NCBI GenBank assembly: GCA_964016885.1
Contig: OZ024740.1
Location: forward strand, 43,462,001-43,526,000
Reading direction: 5' to 3'
Origin: Eledone cirrhosa
Taxonomy: Eukaryota
Length of the DNA stretch: 64,000 nucleotides
Shown: positions 48,251 to 61,961 of the stretch, one piece after another
How the letters are laid out: each line of letters opens with the position of its first letter
Numbering within the stretch: the first letter of the stretch is position 1
The notes under the pieces: generated by a model
What the model saw: only the letters and a program-made list of their open reading frames with translations
Database searches by the model: none
What the model was told of the DNA's origin: nothing
Position numbers and translations under genes: made by a program

Positions 48251-48377
48251 TTAGATTGTCGTGGAGTAAATGGACTAGGTGGAAACCTTGTTTGGGGTGT
48301 ATCAAGCTGGATGGCAGAAGAAATAGAGAGAACGTGTGATCAAGATAAAGAAGGGTGTGAGAGAAGCCGGATGAAAC

Positions 48378-49452
48378 ATATAGGTTTTGTCTTAGTAACT
48401 TTGTGGTTCAATGCAAGGGGATGCAGAACAATTATATGAAAAACATAAAATAAGAAAATTATAGTAATTAGCTTACTTACTTAAATTTCACTCCAACTAA
48501 TTAGTTTCTGAAAGGGAATATACATGTAGAATATGGAGAAACCATTTCGTCATCAGGGAGTCATTCTCAGCTAAGATACCTGGCGATTCTTGGACACAGG
48601 GAATTATACAAACATATATTCAGTGGATGGAAGAGAGCAAGCGGGGACTAAATTCCAGGACCCTGAAAAATTCACTGCCTGTTCGGTGGCAAATTCAAAA
48701 GAATCAATCACGTGACATCGAGGTTAATCAGTGAGGTGTGGAGTATTAAAAAGACAGTAGCCAAGCTGTTACTATGAACTATAGTAGTAATTTTGGCAAA
48801 TTTTTAATCAACAATTAATTATTCTGCATCCCCTGGCATTGAACCACAAAGTTACTAAGACAAAACCTATATATTTGCTTGCATAGGTATACATCTGTAT
48901 ATATATGTTGGTAGATATACTAATTCTTTATAATTATCTCCAAATTATTTTGTTGAGCAAAAATTTGTCAAAATTACTACTATAGTTCATAGTAATAACT
49001 TGGCTACTGTCTTTTTAACACCACACTCCTCACTGATTAACCTCGATGTCACGTGATTGATTCTTTTGAATTTGCCACCGACCAAGAAGGCAGTGAATTT
49101 TTTCAGTGTCCTGGAATTTAGTCCCCGCTTGCTCTCTTCCATCCGCTGAATATATTTTTGTATAAGTTCCCCGTGTCCACGAATCGCCAGGTATCTTAGC
49201 TGAGAATGACTCCCTGATGACGAAATGGTTTCTCCATATTCTACATGTATATTCCCTTTCAGAAACTAATTAGTTGGAGTGAAATTTAAGTAAGTAAGCT
49301 AATTACTATAATTTTCTTATTTTACGTTTTTCATATAATTGTTCTGCATCCCCTTGCATTGAACCACAAAGTTACTAAGACAAAACCTATATATTTGCTT
49401 GTATAGGTATACATCTGTATATATATGTTGGTAGATATACTAATTCTTTATA
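48378..49452. mobile_element. Non-coding element: ~430-bp inverted arm + 1.2 tandem copies of a ~520-bp unit
   Basis: 48378-48805 is approximately the reverse complement of 48959-49391; 48818-48932 is approximately a direct repeat of 49337-49452; CTGATGACGAAA at 49214; ends in (TA)n. Confidence 0.8.
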
Positions 49453-49539
49453 TATATATATAGTAAGAAGTTTTTGAAGCTCAATATGTTATTCATGTCA
49501 AATCATGGAGGAATCAAAGTCCATAGTGTTATCCATGGG

Positions 49540-49920
49540 ATTTGCATGATGTGATAGCTGAAGACGATGTACTATGGGATGAAGTGACTCTATACCTACT
49601 ATCTAAACTACAATATATCTTCCCTTTCTTTAATGGAGGCTTACATCGTGATGGTACCCTATTCTCAATTGATACTAATCATAGAAACCTAGATAGAAAT
49701 ATGAAACATTCACATAGGTCTTTCATAGAGAATAATCTAACTATAACTATCGATATCAATAATAAAGTAATAATTTTATTAGATTGTACCTTTGGATTAA
49801 ATACTGGATTATATAAACCTTTTCACAAACTCGGTGAACAGCTTTTCTATGTTAATAATCTATCCAATCATCTTCGGTCTATACTAATAAGGTATTGAAT
49901 AGGATCTCTAATAGTATCAT
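49540..49920 (+). pseudogene. Highly decayed Hydra-like PLE RT fragment
   Basis: GGLHRDG, LLDCTF, GLYKPFHK, YVNNLSNH, homologous to 51650-52327. Confidence 0.65.
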
Positions 49921-50588
49921 TTTTACTAAAACTGTACTTCACTCGCCCATTTTATAAGATTTCTAATATTGAGTACTTCCTTAACTGCGATATTTTTCAG
50001 GTTACACAGGAATAAAACACTTGCAGATTAAATGAATTGTTTATCCTGTGTCTTGAGACACAAGAGGCAGACAAAGTGTTCCAATGACCATGGTCAGTTA
50101 CATCTATCAATACATTTATCCTACTGAATGCCTCTTAATAATCGAATATAACTAACCAATCTTAAATAAGAAACGTGCTTTCACAAGATTTCCTGCTACT
50201 TCTACTATAATAAATATGGCCCCTCTTAATATATTATTAAAACACATTTAGGGCCACCCCTTATATAGTCATACACTTATTAGGTAATAATTAAACTTAA
50301 ACAATAGTTAAGCAGTTTTATTTCCATTAGTGGGAGGTGAATAAACTCACAATAACAGTTTTACTTTAATTGCCTTCATAGACTTTATTATATGTTCATA
50401 AGTACCTTTCCTGGAATTACTTATTAATTATTTAAATATTTGGACTTATTATTTGACAAACAGGATATGTATGTTCGACACCATGTGTGCTAATGCCCAT
50501 ACTTTTCTTTTCAGAGGGCTTATATAGCCTGCTAAAAGATTATTTTCTGTAGTGGAAACTGCCGTCACCTATACACAGATGATTTGTT

Positions 50589-50620
<32 letters not shown>

Positions 50621-50621
<1 letters not shown>

Positions 50622-50798
50622 ATCCCGGGTTCAACCGGGGGTAACCACAGTAAGTAAGGTACTCAATACATAGCGGAGTATAAATATTTAATAAAGTAAT
50701 GGCTTCTGCAGGACAAGAACTGTTTAATTCGAGGGGGGAAATCATCAGGAAAGCCCTGATTTCCCTCGAATGAAACAGTTCTAGTCCTGCAGAAGCCA

Positions 50799-50800
<2 letters not shown>
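50621..50800. mobile_element. Small fold-back (50699-50799) with HHR remnant and a terminus shared with 29540-29605
   Basis: ATGGCTTCTGCAGGAC../..GTCCTGCAGAAGCCAT arms; CTGATGA on - and GAAACAG on +. Confidence 0.6.
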
Positions 50801-50840
<40 letters not shown>

Positions 50841-51039
50841 AGGTAATTCCGAAGAAGAAGCAAAGGAAAAAAGAATACTCTATGTATAGAACAGAGCTAT
50901 TTACTTAGAAAGTAAACAACGCAATGTATAATGACTCTGTCTGATGAACGATCTAGACATATATTAATATTAAACCTTTGGTAATTGAGTAGCTATATAT
51001 TGTGTTGTTCACTTTCTAACTATATATATTTGCGACAAT

Positions 51040-52990
51040 CAGGGCTTCGGTACCAAGGAGAGATTCGGATTTAATACCTACAAATCTCCCCCTCCGAACC
51101 CTATGCTCTCACCCTTCGAGAATGACCTTTTCCAACTGGTCAAGAACATTAAATTCAAACCTAGACACAACCGATTCCTACAAAAACTCCGTAGCAACTT
51201 AACAGAGTATGATAACACCAATGACATCATGGTGCACTCGGATAAAACTGGTAACCTCTACTTCGTCAACCCCGACAGATACCACACACTGATCAGGAGC
51301 AGCCTAAACTCCACCTATAAAAAGGCTAACCACTCATGCATCGAGGACATAAATCGAGATGGACAACAAATTACCTCCAGCCTCGGGGTCGCCGACCGCA
51401 CGGAATCCCTATACCTACGGACACCCTACTTCACACTGAAGGACCATAAATCCGATTTCGACCGTAAACCTTCTATCAGGCTTATAAACCCAACGAAGTC
51501 CGACATAGGGAGAATCAGCAAAAAAATCCTAGACCGCGTTATAGCAAAAGTTAAGCAACACGCCAGACTTAGCCTATGGGTCAACCCCCAGGAAGTAATC
51601 TCATGGTTCAGCAATATGGAGGACAAACGAGACACTAAATTCATCCAGTTTGACAGAGAGTTACTATGCTTCAATTACCTTACCGCTACTTACGGCTGCC
51701 TTGGACTTTGCCGAAACACTTGCGCCCATCACCGACCAGGAAAGAAACATCATCATCCACGCTAGGAAGACAGTCCTACTATTCGACAACTCCAAATGGA
51801 TAAAGAGAGCTCCCGACTCACCCTTCAACGTCAGCATGGGCGCGACGGATTCGGCTGAGGTCACAGATCTTATAGTATTATTCCTACTAGCTAAACTCAC
51901 CGACATGTTTCCTGCATTCGGCGGTGGATTGTACCGTGATGATGGGCTCCTTACCCTTAAAGGGTACAACCCCAGTAGTACAGACCGGGTCCGTAAACAA
52001 TTAATCAGCTTCTTCCGCGACTGGGGATTTAAAATAACCCTACAAACGTCCCTGAACCGAGTAAACTTCCTGGACCTCGATAATGATCTGTACTACCCAT
52101 ACAGGAAACCCAACGACAACCTGTACTACATCCACCGCCGGTCAAACCATCCTTGGAACATCACCAATAACCTGGTTAAAAATATCTCCCTCCGCATATC
52201 TCGTTTGTCCGCTAATGAGCAGATATTCGAGGAACATGGGCCATATTACAACCAGGCCCTCAAGCGGAGTGGTTTCCGGGAGGAAATATCCTACTGTCCA
52301 GCTTACATTAGCGGAACCAGCAGGTGACACTGCCGCTCACGCAATGTAACATGGTTCAAACCTCCCCACAACGCCGAGGTGACAACTCCTATCGGGAAAA
52401 TCTTCTTTAGGCTCATTGAAAAACACTTCCCACTACAACACCGCTACCACAACATAATTAACAAAAATACCATCAAACTCTCCTACAGCACCACCCCAAA
52501 CTTTGCACAAAACATAATCTCCTCTAACAACAAAAAACTCAACCCCTATGGAAGAAATAACCTAAATAGCAGTGGAGTGCCGACCAGGAGGTGCAACTGT
52601 CCTGATGGATCCATTTGCCCCCTCGACAACAGATGCAGAGATCGTAATGTGATCTACCAGTGCAACGTGAGGACGGACACCTCCAACAAAGCTTATATAG
52701 GATCAACTGCATGTGAATTCAAGACCCGGCTATACCAACACAGACATACCTTCCGAAACCTGGCCCGACGTCACGTCACCACACTTTCGGGCTACATCTG
52801 GGACCTCAAGGATAACAATATTACCTATGATCTCACTTGGAGCTTACTGTCCAGAGCCAACTCTTACATGGGAGGACGCCGTCCGTGCAATTTATGCTCG
52901 AGGGAAACTTTACAAATACTGTTTTCGACGGACCAACTCCTAAACAAGAAAGATGAACTGGTAACTGCAAGCAAACACAGATTTTCGTAG
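51040..52990 (+). pseudogene. PLE RT-endonuclease polyprotein, one frameshift (~51652) and one in-frame TGA (52325)
   Basis: SDKTGNLY, TLKDHK, RLINPTKS, FIQFD..SYY, SMGATDSAE, GLYRDDGL, NFLD, CNC..CPL, YIGST, CNLC. Confidence 0.88.
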
Positions 52991-54107
52991 GACTTACCTC
53001 GCCCTCAAACCCCATAATGACCCGGGGGGGGGGGGTAGACAAGGGCTGTAACACCCCACTTGCCGACTTTGTAATGGGTAACCCCAGCTTGCAAAGGTAA
53101 ACGTAAGATCTTCTTTTATATCTTTTTATCGCTTCTTCTATATTTCCTTCTTCCCCCATCCCTTCCTAGTCCTTCCACCCCAGTCCTCTTTCTTTGTCGT
53201 CGTCCTTTTCACTTTCTCGCCCACCCGAGGCAGCCCCTCGATCCTTTGTAGCCTCAGTACTCCCACCCCCTTCCCCTATTCTATGATAGAATTGGCCGAC
53301 TCCGCTTTTTATAGCAGATGTGATAGACCCCGGATACTTGCTTTCTTATCCGATGGCTGCCCCTTTTCCGTGCTTTCTACATTTCTTAGTGGTATCTTTG
53401 CTTTAATTTCTCGTTTATCAGTATTTATTTTTTTTTTTTTTTTTTTTTTAGAGGGTGGGGGTGGGGGATTCTGAATTAATTTTCCGTATCAAATTTTTCA
53501 TATACTTCGTACGAGCATTTATGTAGTTTGCACTATAATTTTTGTATCGTAGCGGCACCTTTAGAGATAGTATTAGTATTCTTTTTCGGGATTCTGAATT
53601 ATTATTTCGTGGTAGATTCTTTAGTATTTTGGCCCCCCACTTGTTGACCCGTCACCGTAAGATATACTCGGTTGATTACTACTACCTCTTAAAAGCGTCT
53701 CATTATAATTCCGTCCCACCTAGTAAACTTTTCTATAGTCTAGCAGTACCAGTGAGAGACTTGATGGCTGTCCTTAGGGAATAGTAACCAGAAATTGTTT
53801 TTTTTTTGTTTTTTTATATTTAATTATTTTTTTAACATTCTCGGTATTTTTCTATATATTTACCCCATATTGTTTTACTTATTGTTTCGACTTCCTCCCC
53901 CTCCCTAGTTTACTTCCTTGACCTCCTGCCCTGCTGTAGTTGGCACTATCAACGCACGACTGGGTTTCCTCCACCCCTCTCCCTCTTTCTTCTACTGGCA
54001 GGTTCAGCTACCCCTTCCTTCCACAAATTGCCATGATAGAATTATGTGTCTCAACAACAAACTTTTGACCAATCCTTGTGACAATCACTTTTATCATTTA
54101 TGGAATT

Positions 54108-54203
54108 ACCCCCTGAGAAGCTCGGCTATTCATATACCGGGATAAAAATTTTCATTTAGTCCAGAATTACCCGTCGAAACGGCTTGAGCTCAGCCGTCGG
54201 GGT
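54108..54203 (+). ncRNA. Type I hammerhead-like motif with full stem III and GTC site; core CTGAGA (one nt short)
   Basis: ACCCC-CTGAGAAG-[~55 nt]-GAAA-CGGCT/TGAGCTC/AGCCG-TC-GGGGT. Confidence 0.6.
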
Positions 54204-54228
54204 CCTACTCGTTCCTATATATATATAT

Positions 54229-54747
54229 TAAGTAAGAATATTTTCGAAACAGCGAGCGGGTTTGAAATTATAAATGTAAGCTATCGCTGTATTTTGACTA
54301 AAGAAATTAAAGAACATTTTTTAGCCTGATAGTGGGGTTAAGAACCCTCGGAGAAATGGAAAAAGATGAGTATTGACGTACATGGGAGTCGAACCCACAT
54401 TTTTTTCCATTTCTCCGAGGGTTCTTAACCCCATAATTAGGCTCAATAATTTTCTTTAATTTCTTTAGTCAAAATACAGCGATAGCTTACGTTTATAATT
54501 TCAAACACGCTCGCTGTTTCGAAAATATTCTTACTTGATATTTACAGTTGCTAAGATTATAGCTTCCAATTCGAATAGAAACAGACGGGTGATGTGTTGG
54601 TGTAATGGTAACACAGTTGTCTGAATAACCAAAGATGTGGGTTCGGCTCCCATGTACGTCAATACTCATTTTCTCTGAGGGTTCTTAACCCCACTATCAG
54701 GCTAAATAATTTTTAATTTCTTTAATCAAAATACGGTGATAGATTAC

Positions 54748-54750
<3 letters not shown>
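54229..54750. mobile_element. Non-coding element: inverted arm + ~1.3 tandem copies of a 260-bp unit containing a tRNA-like Pol III gene
   Basis: 54229-54365 is approximately the reverse complement of 54402-54536; GAGGGTTCTTAACCCC at 54417 and 54677; between (TA)n tracts. Confidence 0.8.
54591..54661 (+). ncRNA. tRNA-like sequence (pseudo-tRNA/Pol III promoter)
   Basis: A-box TGGTGTAATGG, D-stem GTGT/ACAC, T-arm GTGGG-TTCGGCT-CCCAT, weak acceptor stem, TTTT downstream; anticodon arm mismatched (loop CTGAATA). Confidence 0.6.
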
Positions 54751-54787
<37 letters not shown>

Positions 54788-55375
54788 AGATATATATATA
54801 TATATATATATAAACAAATGCTGTGTGTTTGGGAGACGTGGATCGGAATTTAAAATGTCTAGTCGGTTTGTGTGTTTCGTTTTTTTTTTATTTATTTAAA
54901 TTTGAATAAAATACAGTTCCATGAATTTCCTTTTCAAAAATATCGAAGTATTCCATTTACAAACATTTACATATTTGTTCATATGTATTGACTACTCATG
55001 TTTTTCTTATCTACCTAGGCTTCCTGTATCACTTGTTTAAAATCTAACAAAGAATATTATTGACTCACTTTTGCAATAGTTTGTTCAGTATTATTGATTG
55101 TCAAAGATTAATTGTAAAATTTCTGAGATATTTATTCATATCATTGTATCAATTTTATCTCGTGTTATTTGGAAATATTAGGTAACTGTTCAATATCACG
55201 TTTAGTAAATAGAATATTCATTCGCGCATGTATTTGAATCTTGTTCAGTATTGTGGATTGAAAGATCTGAGGGCAATAAAGGACCATGTATTGAGAGTCC
55301 ATAGCACAGAAGCTCTGGTCGGGATACGGTAAACATGTTTATAACACCATTAGTCACCCCATCCACCATTTATAT

Positions 55376-55413
55376 CTTCTTCTTCTTCTTCTTCTTCTTC
55401 TTCTTCTTCTTCT
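55376..55413 (+). repeat. (CTT)n microsatellite
   Basis: Direct reading. Confidence 0.9.
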
Positions 55414-58253
55414 ATGATCACTTATTCCTGGCAGGGTCGTGGGGGCAGAGTAATTAAGAACGCCTTCCAGCAGGTGCTGTCAGGAGCAACTCTTTCCAAT
55501 TGATCCCTATTTATTATACTTTTAATATGAATTTAATTTCACATTCTTTATTCGCAGAAAACGATTGGAGAATCCCATATAAAGCTACGGTAGCTGTATA
55601 AAAAGATGTGACACCTCTTCTCTTTTCCATGTGAGGCAAAATATTTCCATGGCAAAATATTTTTGTTAGTTTGTATTTTATACATATGTTTCTAATTCAC
55701 TGGACTCTTAAAATAGTCCAGTGAATTCGATACGAGATCTAAAAGCTGTTATACAGACTACATTAACAATAATATAAAAAGCAGAGTTGAAGTTGCAATA
55801 TTTAATTGCACTTACACATATTCCATCACCATGGTCTTTATTATAATGCTGAATTACGTATAGGCCACTATGAAAAAATATAACGTATGACTTGAAGGAT
55901 GTTCACTTCTTTGTAGTAGTACCACTAATCTTTATATTGACCAACATGGTGCTCCCTTTCAGAGGTATGGTGTAGGTAAAAATAATATAAAATTAAAATC
56001 AAGAAATAAGAGAAAATAATCAAAATGAAAGTACACAATAAAAGAAAAGCAGGTGTATTTCAGATCAACGAAGGAAGGAAATAAGTGTTTAGGTGTCACA
56101 ACCCATGATAAAGAAGATCATAGAAATATAAGATTTGAAAGAAAAATTAGAAACTATTAATAGAAGTAAGCTGCTTAAACACTACTCTGGTATTTTTTAA
56201 CAGTTTTATTTAAAAGCGAACTGTTTACATATCGAGGTCATTATGGTGAGTGATTCATTGCCTTGATTTCTTCCTTATCAGGAGATGAGATCATCCAGGT
56301 ACAAAGAGAAATATTTAGATACATGTGTCGAAGCGATTACTAAAAAAAGGTTTAGAAATAAAAAAAATAAAATAAATATATAAGTTTAATAGACAAATGT
56401 GGTGTTGCAAGGCAATGGAGAGTTGGGAGAAATATAGTGGTTTTAGCAGACCTGGTAACAAGCTGCTGCTGCTAATACCATCACCACCACCACCACCACA
56501 ACCACCATCATTACCACCATCACCGAATAGTGAGACCTATGGATGATTATCTTACGTAAACATTGTGTATATGCTTTCATATACACGTCTATTCACTCAC
56601 ACACACACATATAAATATACACACATACATACATACATACGTACGTACGTACGTACGTACATACATACATGATGGCTGCAAACTCTGCTAAGGGTGTTGC
56701 AATTGCTTGGAGGATTATAGAGTTTGGTGCACTTTTAGGCTACGGTTAGTCACACAAACCTGTAACATATCCTGAGCAAGCAATGCCTGTGCTTTGAAGG
56801 TTTTTTAAGTGGGGAAGGGGCTTGCATTCAACCAATCCCACTCTAAGCATCGAAAACACTACCCGAAAAGGAGAACTGGTCAATATCATCGGATGATTCC
56901 GAAGCCGCAGGTGTTTTTTTTTCAGAGTTTCCCGGTCCTAGAAAGGTGTTGTGAAAACAACTGGGGGCCTTTCACTCCCAGGTGAAAAATAAAAGTACTA
57001 TTTGAATGGCCGTTGATTCTACTGAATTCCCCCGTCCTTTGCTGGGTCTTGTATTTCATCCTGCGGGGTGTCCAAATATCATCCTCCTCACCAAGCAACT
57101 TGGTGGAGTGGCTGGTTTAGTCACCGACGACCTGACCATGAGGCAGGTTGTACATGTTACCAGTAGCACTCGAGAGCGACCTGACATTTGCAGACCCAGT
57201 ATCCAAGATACACATAATTTGAGCTACAGTTTATATACTAACCCACTGGACCAATGTAGAACTGAACAAGGGTTTGTGAAGAACGAACGGCGCTCCTTAC
57301 TAGATAAGGTACAAATGGCCGCAATATATGGAACTTTCAAACTTTATAAAATATTTTTACGATTCAATGGATGAACGCTTACAAAAGACGCGATGACAAT
57401 TTCCATTTCTTTTCAACCTTGCCACCGGGAAAGTGGCCGGTCGAAAATAAACTAAAAAAAAAAGAGAGCACATGCATACATACATACATACGTAAATAAA
57501 TACATACATACTTACGTACATAAATGCATACATACATACATACACGCAATTTATTTAAATCTTCTATCTTGGTGACTTCAATTGGATTCAATATATTGTC
57601 ATTATACACTAATGCAGCAATAAGTAGAAGCACTTATATCTAAGTGGGATACATTTGGCAGCTAAAGTTATGCTCGCAACAATACTTGTCTTATGTAAAT
57701 ATGTCATAGAGTTCTGAAAAGCTATAGAAACGTAAATCCATGCCTAAATAACAACTCGGGGGAAATGATTTCTTATCAGTGCATGTGCCATATGTTTCCG
57801 GATAAAGAGACCTTGGCAAATTCAGATCTCCGATTTTTCACAACAACGTCAGCTTCCTTCTGTATATTTTAATATGAAAATAGAATTGCGAATTAGATAT
57901 CCAGAGATTGAGCTGCCATATCTTGCCAAGCTTTATCTGCTTCTATACGCGCGTTTTCTCAGCCCTTTGTGATGTCTGACCGCTCAGTATACACTACTTG
58001 TCTCCAAACAAGGCATATCCAAACTATATTTACATTTTCGTCGTGACGGTATTTCTAGCAAGGTGAATAATTACGTAGAGAAGTCCGGGTTGGTTTGTGA
58101 TGGTACAGTTTCTCTGACGAACCATAACACAATTGATAACGGTTATAGTTAAGTTATTTTTTAAAATTTCTCTTTCGGCGGATCCTAACGTATTTCTGAA
58201 TACAAAATAACGAATTAACCGAACAGCGTGAGACAAATTGGCTACCGCGTAAT

Positions 58254-58366
<113 letters not shown>

Positions 58367-58669
58367 TATAACATGTAAATCCATGTGCAACCATGCAGTA
58401 TTCTTCTCCCCATATTTTTCATATATTTACCTAAACTGCGATTCTGTGTTTCTCTCTTTCTCTCTTACTGCTCCCTCGTTCTCTCTGTTTCTCTTACTTT
58501 CTTTCGTCCTCTCTGTCATGTCAGTTAACACTTTCTCTCTACTGACCTCTTCCTCGCACTTCCACTCACTCACTCTCTGTTTCTCCCCTTCTCACCTCCT
58601 CCCATTCGCTATGAAAACGATTTTCCTTCTTTCTAACATCGGATTCACCAGCGGAAGGTCTGTTTCTAA

Positions 58670-58869
58670 NNNNNNNNNNNNNNNNNNNNNNNNNNNNNNN
58701 NNNNNNNNNNNNNNNNNNNNNNNNNNNNNNNNNNNNNNNNNNNNNNNNNNNNNNNNNNNNNNNNNNNNNNNNNNNNNNNNNNNNNNNNNNNNNNNNNNNN
58801 NNNNNNNNNNNNNNNNNNNNNNNNNNNNNNNNNNNNNNNNNNNNNNNNNNNNNNNNNNNNNNNNNNNNN
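58670..58869. other. Assembly gap (200 N)
   Basis: Run of N. Confidence 1.
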
Positions 58870-59635
58870 CCTACAGTTATATAATTATCTCTTGGAGTAC
58901 CGTTTCCCGAGGATTTATCCTTGTTTTCACCTTTATTGCATTATATTCTTATACATTCGTCTCCATACATTGATAAACATACACACATATTGATACACAA
59001 ATACATACAACACAACTCACTTATACACACTGTACATACACAATATAAACATACACATAGATGTGCACAAACATACACAGATACTCCGACATATATATAC
59101 ACATACAACCACACACATACTAGATACCAACACGCCCAACAATCATACACACAGGTGTATACTGATTTTTTCATACACTTTGATGCTACAACTAATGCAC
59201 GCACACAACTCACACACTGAAACGTACACTCACGTAACAAGCGTACACATACGCACATACACAGCTATATCAATACACAGGTACAGACAGTCTTACACTT
59301 CGGAAAGAGGGACGTCATCTCAGAAAGCACCTCAACTATATTCATGTCCACCCACCTAGCACCATTGTTTGACTCGTACACACTTCTACCACAATTTATA
59401 CACACCCTCCTGCAGGGTAGCACACAGCCCGACACTCCTGTCCACTGCAACCTTCCTAATTAACTCCCCTTTTCTTCCAACCTCTTTCTTTCCCTTAAGT
59501 ACAATCTCATTTTCTCTTGATGCAAGACTAGGGTCCGATATGCTGAGAACACTTCTTTTACAATTTCATACAAGCTTAAAACTAATAATACTTTTGACAA
59601 TCGTTCTCCGTGTTTGATTTACGATGTTTGCTTTG
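58870..59635 (+). mobile_element. Decayed PLE pLTR/3' UTR with HHR remnant (59512-59549)
   Basis: CA-rich tract then TTCTC-TTGATGC-AAGACTAGGGTCC-GATA-TGCT-GAGAA, similar to 11444. Confidence 0.4.
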
Positions 59636-59641
59636 CACTAT

Positions 59642-59842
59642 GTACGAGTGTCGCCAGAGAAGTTCACAGCCTGACCAAAATGCTCTCATGGAATGACCAA
59701 ATGAGGTTTATTTTTCAACATATTCTCTGGAAAGAATCAATGTAGTTATTAATAAGAAGAGTTGAAATTAATGCATTCAAGATTTCACAGCTTTAGCATA
59801 CCTCTTTCATAGTCACCTATGATTCTTTCAGCCCACCCATCC
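59642..59842. mobile_element. Mariner-like MITE (opposite orientation to 36097-36293)
   Basis: TACGAG..AGTTCACAGCCTGAC ... CTATGATTCTTTCAGCCCACCC; internal TTTATTTTTCAACATA shared. Confidence 0.55.
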
Positions 59843-61444
59843 TATATATATATATATATATAATTATAATAGATTTGAACACATATATGTATTTGTCTGT
59901 GTTCGTTTTTCTTTTATATTCTATTATAATATACGGCTCGGAAATATCTCATTCTTAGACCTATTTTGTTGTGAGAGACTACTTTGATATATATCTTTGT
60001 GGTTCTGTCTTTGCGCGTAATTGTTTTTCACCGCTCCTATTAATGACGTATTGTATTCGTTTTTTCCCGTTCTTTGCCAGGGAACGTTTCCACGAACCAA
60101 AGTATCGTCTTCCTGTCTTCCTCTGGTTGCAATGTTTTTTGAAATATCCACTTCTGCGTTTACAGATTGACTTTGTTAGTTTCAGAAGATCCCGTTAAAG
60201 GTGAAAGCAGCGATTCTTTGCTTAAAATTTAATCTGTTATTTTAATAAATATATATATCTTTGATATATATATATATATATGTGTGTGTGGGGGGGGGGG
60301 GGTGTAATAGAAAAAACGATGAAGTTTCATTTACACAGAAAAATATTTATTGCATATCGACCTCTTACGCGCGTTTCGCAGAGGATTGGCTGAAGGTGAG
60401 CCATAGGAGTTATGGACCCGACTCCAGTAGCGATCTGCTCCTCAGACTGGTGATGCAACATAAGATATATTTTTGTCTTGGTATGTGGGCCGAGTCGATA
60501 TATATAGGCATCGGTCCTATTCTTTTGTGTGCGGGCGTATGTGCGTATTTTGGTGTAATTGGTCAGGTGTACTACCTACACTATATATATAGGGGGGGGG
60601 CGTGCGTACACGTATGTGTGTTCAAGTAAATTTAGCGATTTTTATCAATGTATAAATGTAATTTTTTTCTATTTCTATTGACTAAAAAGATTTATATATA
60701 ATATCGTATCTTTTCCTACTGCTTCAGCTAAATTTATATAGTTGTTCACAAACCTTTATCTACATCTATTCCTCATCTAGTTCTCTTTCCTGTTACGGTT
60801 TAAATGTATTTCAAACCTTACAAAAAATTGTTTAGAAGTTCTGGAGCATTTTAGATAATACTATTTACAATGGACGATTTATTGTAAAAATACAGATATG
60901 TATTTGTATTATTTGATCAATTACATCCACACTGCTCTATTTTGAAATATTAGGTAACCACACAATATCACGTATGGTAAATAGATTTTTCTCCCGTGCG
61001 TGTATTTGCATGTTGTTGTTCCGGAATAAGGACTAAAGGATTTTCTGAATGATATAAAGTATGATACATTGAATAGAAATACCATAGAGTCTCCGGTGTG
61101 GATTATTATGAAGATACATTTAAAACTCCATTAGCTACATACTCGTCTTATATTACTTTATTTCTAATGCTGGATTTCGGAGAAATGTGTAAACATATTT
61201 ACCATTCACCTGCAGAAAAAGCTATGTTGCAGTTATACTCGGAGGAGTTTGGCTAGAACTATGTTAACTAGTGTAGGGAATGCTGCACATATATTCAAAT
61301 GCAATTAGATACTGTATACACGTATTTTGATAATGTTTTTTTTTTAATAGGAGTTTCGATGTGACAGTTATTACTGCACATCTTCACAAACAGCCGAAAT
61401 TTATTGACTCCTCCTCCTCATCAACCTCCTCCTGCTTCTAATGC

Positions 61445-61447
61445 TGT

Positions 61448-61519
<72 letters not shown>

Positions 61520-61551
61520 TACTACTACTACTGCTACTACTACTTCTACTT

Positions 61552-61583
<32 letters not shown>

Positions 61584-61608
61584 GCTACTACTACTACTAC
61601 TACTACTT

Positions 61609-61642
<34 letters not shown>

Positions 61643-61893
61643 TACTACTACTACTGCTACTACTACTTCTACTACTACTACTACTACTACTACTGCTACT
61701 ACTACTACTACTGCTACTGCTACTACTGCTACTACTACTTCTACTACTACTACTACTGCTACTACTACTTCTACTACTACTACTACTACTACTGCTACTG
61801 CTACTACTACTACTGCTACTACTGCTACTACTACTACTTCTGCTACTACTACTACTACTACTACTTCTACTACTACTACTACTACTACTATTT

Positions 61894-61961
<68 letters not shown>

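Larger units (their letters stand above)
51035..54215 (+). mobile_element. Near full-length PLE (Hydra-clade-like), RT + GIY-YIG, long 3' UTR with HHR
   Basis: ORFs 51103..51765, 51650..52327 and 52379..52990 form one disrupted frame; HHR at 54108; ends in (TA)n. Confidence 0.92.

Noticed and set aside
50941-50960. Isolated CTGATGA upstream of the PLE
   Set aside because: No matching stem II/GAAA found.
52325-52327. In-frame TGA in a PLE ORF as possible selenocysteine (known in Naiad PLEs)
   Set aside because: It lies in an Arg-rich stretch (likely CGA>TGA decay), not at a Cys position. The ORF also has a frameshift, the endonuclease is C-terminal, and no SECIS was recognised.
54325-54357. 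HHR in the tRNA-containing element (CTGATAG..GGGG/CCCT..GAAA)
   Set aside because: Core order is wrong and there is no stem I or III.
54591-54661. Functional tRNA-Phe(GAA) gene
   Set aside because: The anticodon and acceptor stems are mismatched and it is embedded in a repeat; kept only as tRNA-like.
57200-57374. Possible RLE-LINE C-terminus (QMAAIYGT)
   Set aside because: Too short and degenerate to call.
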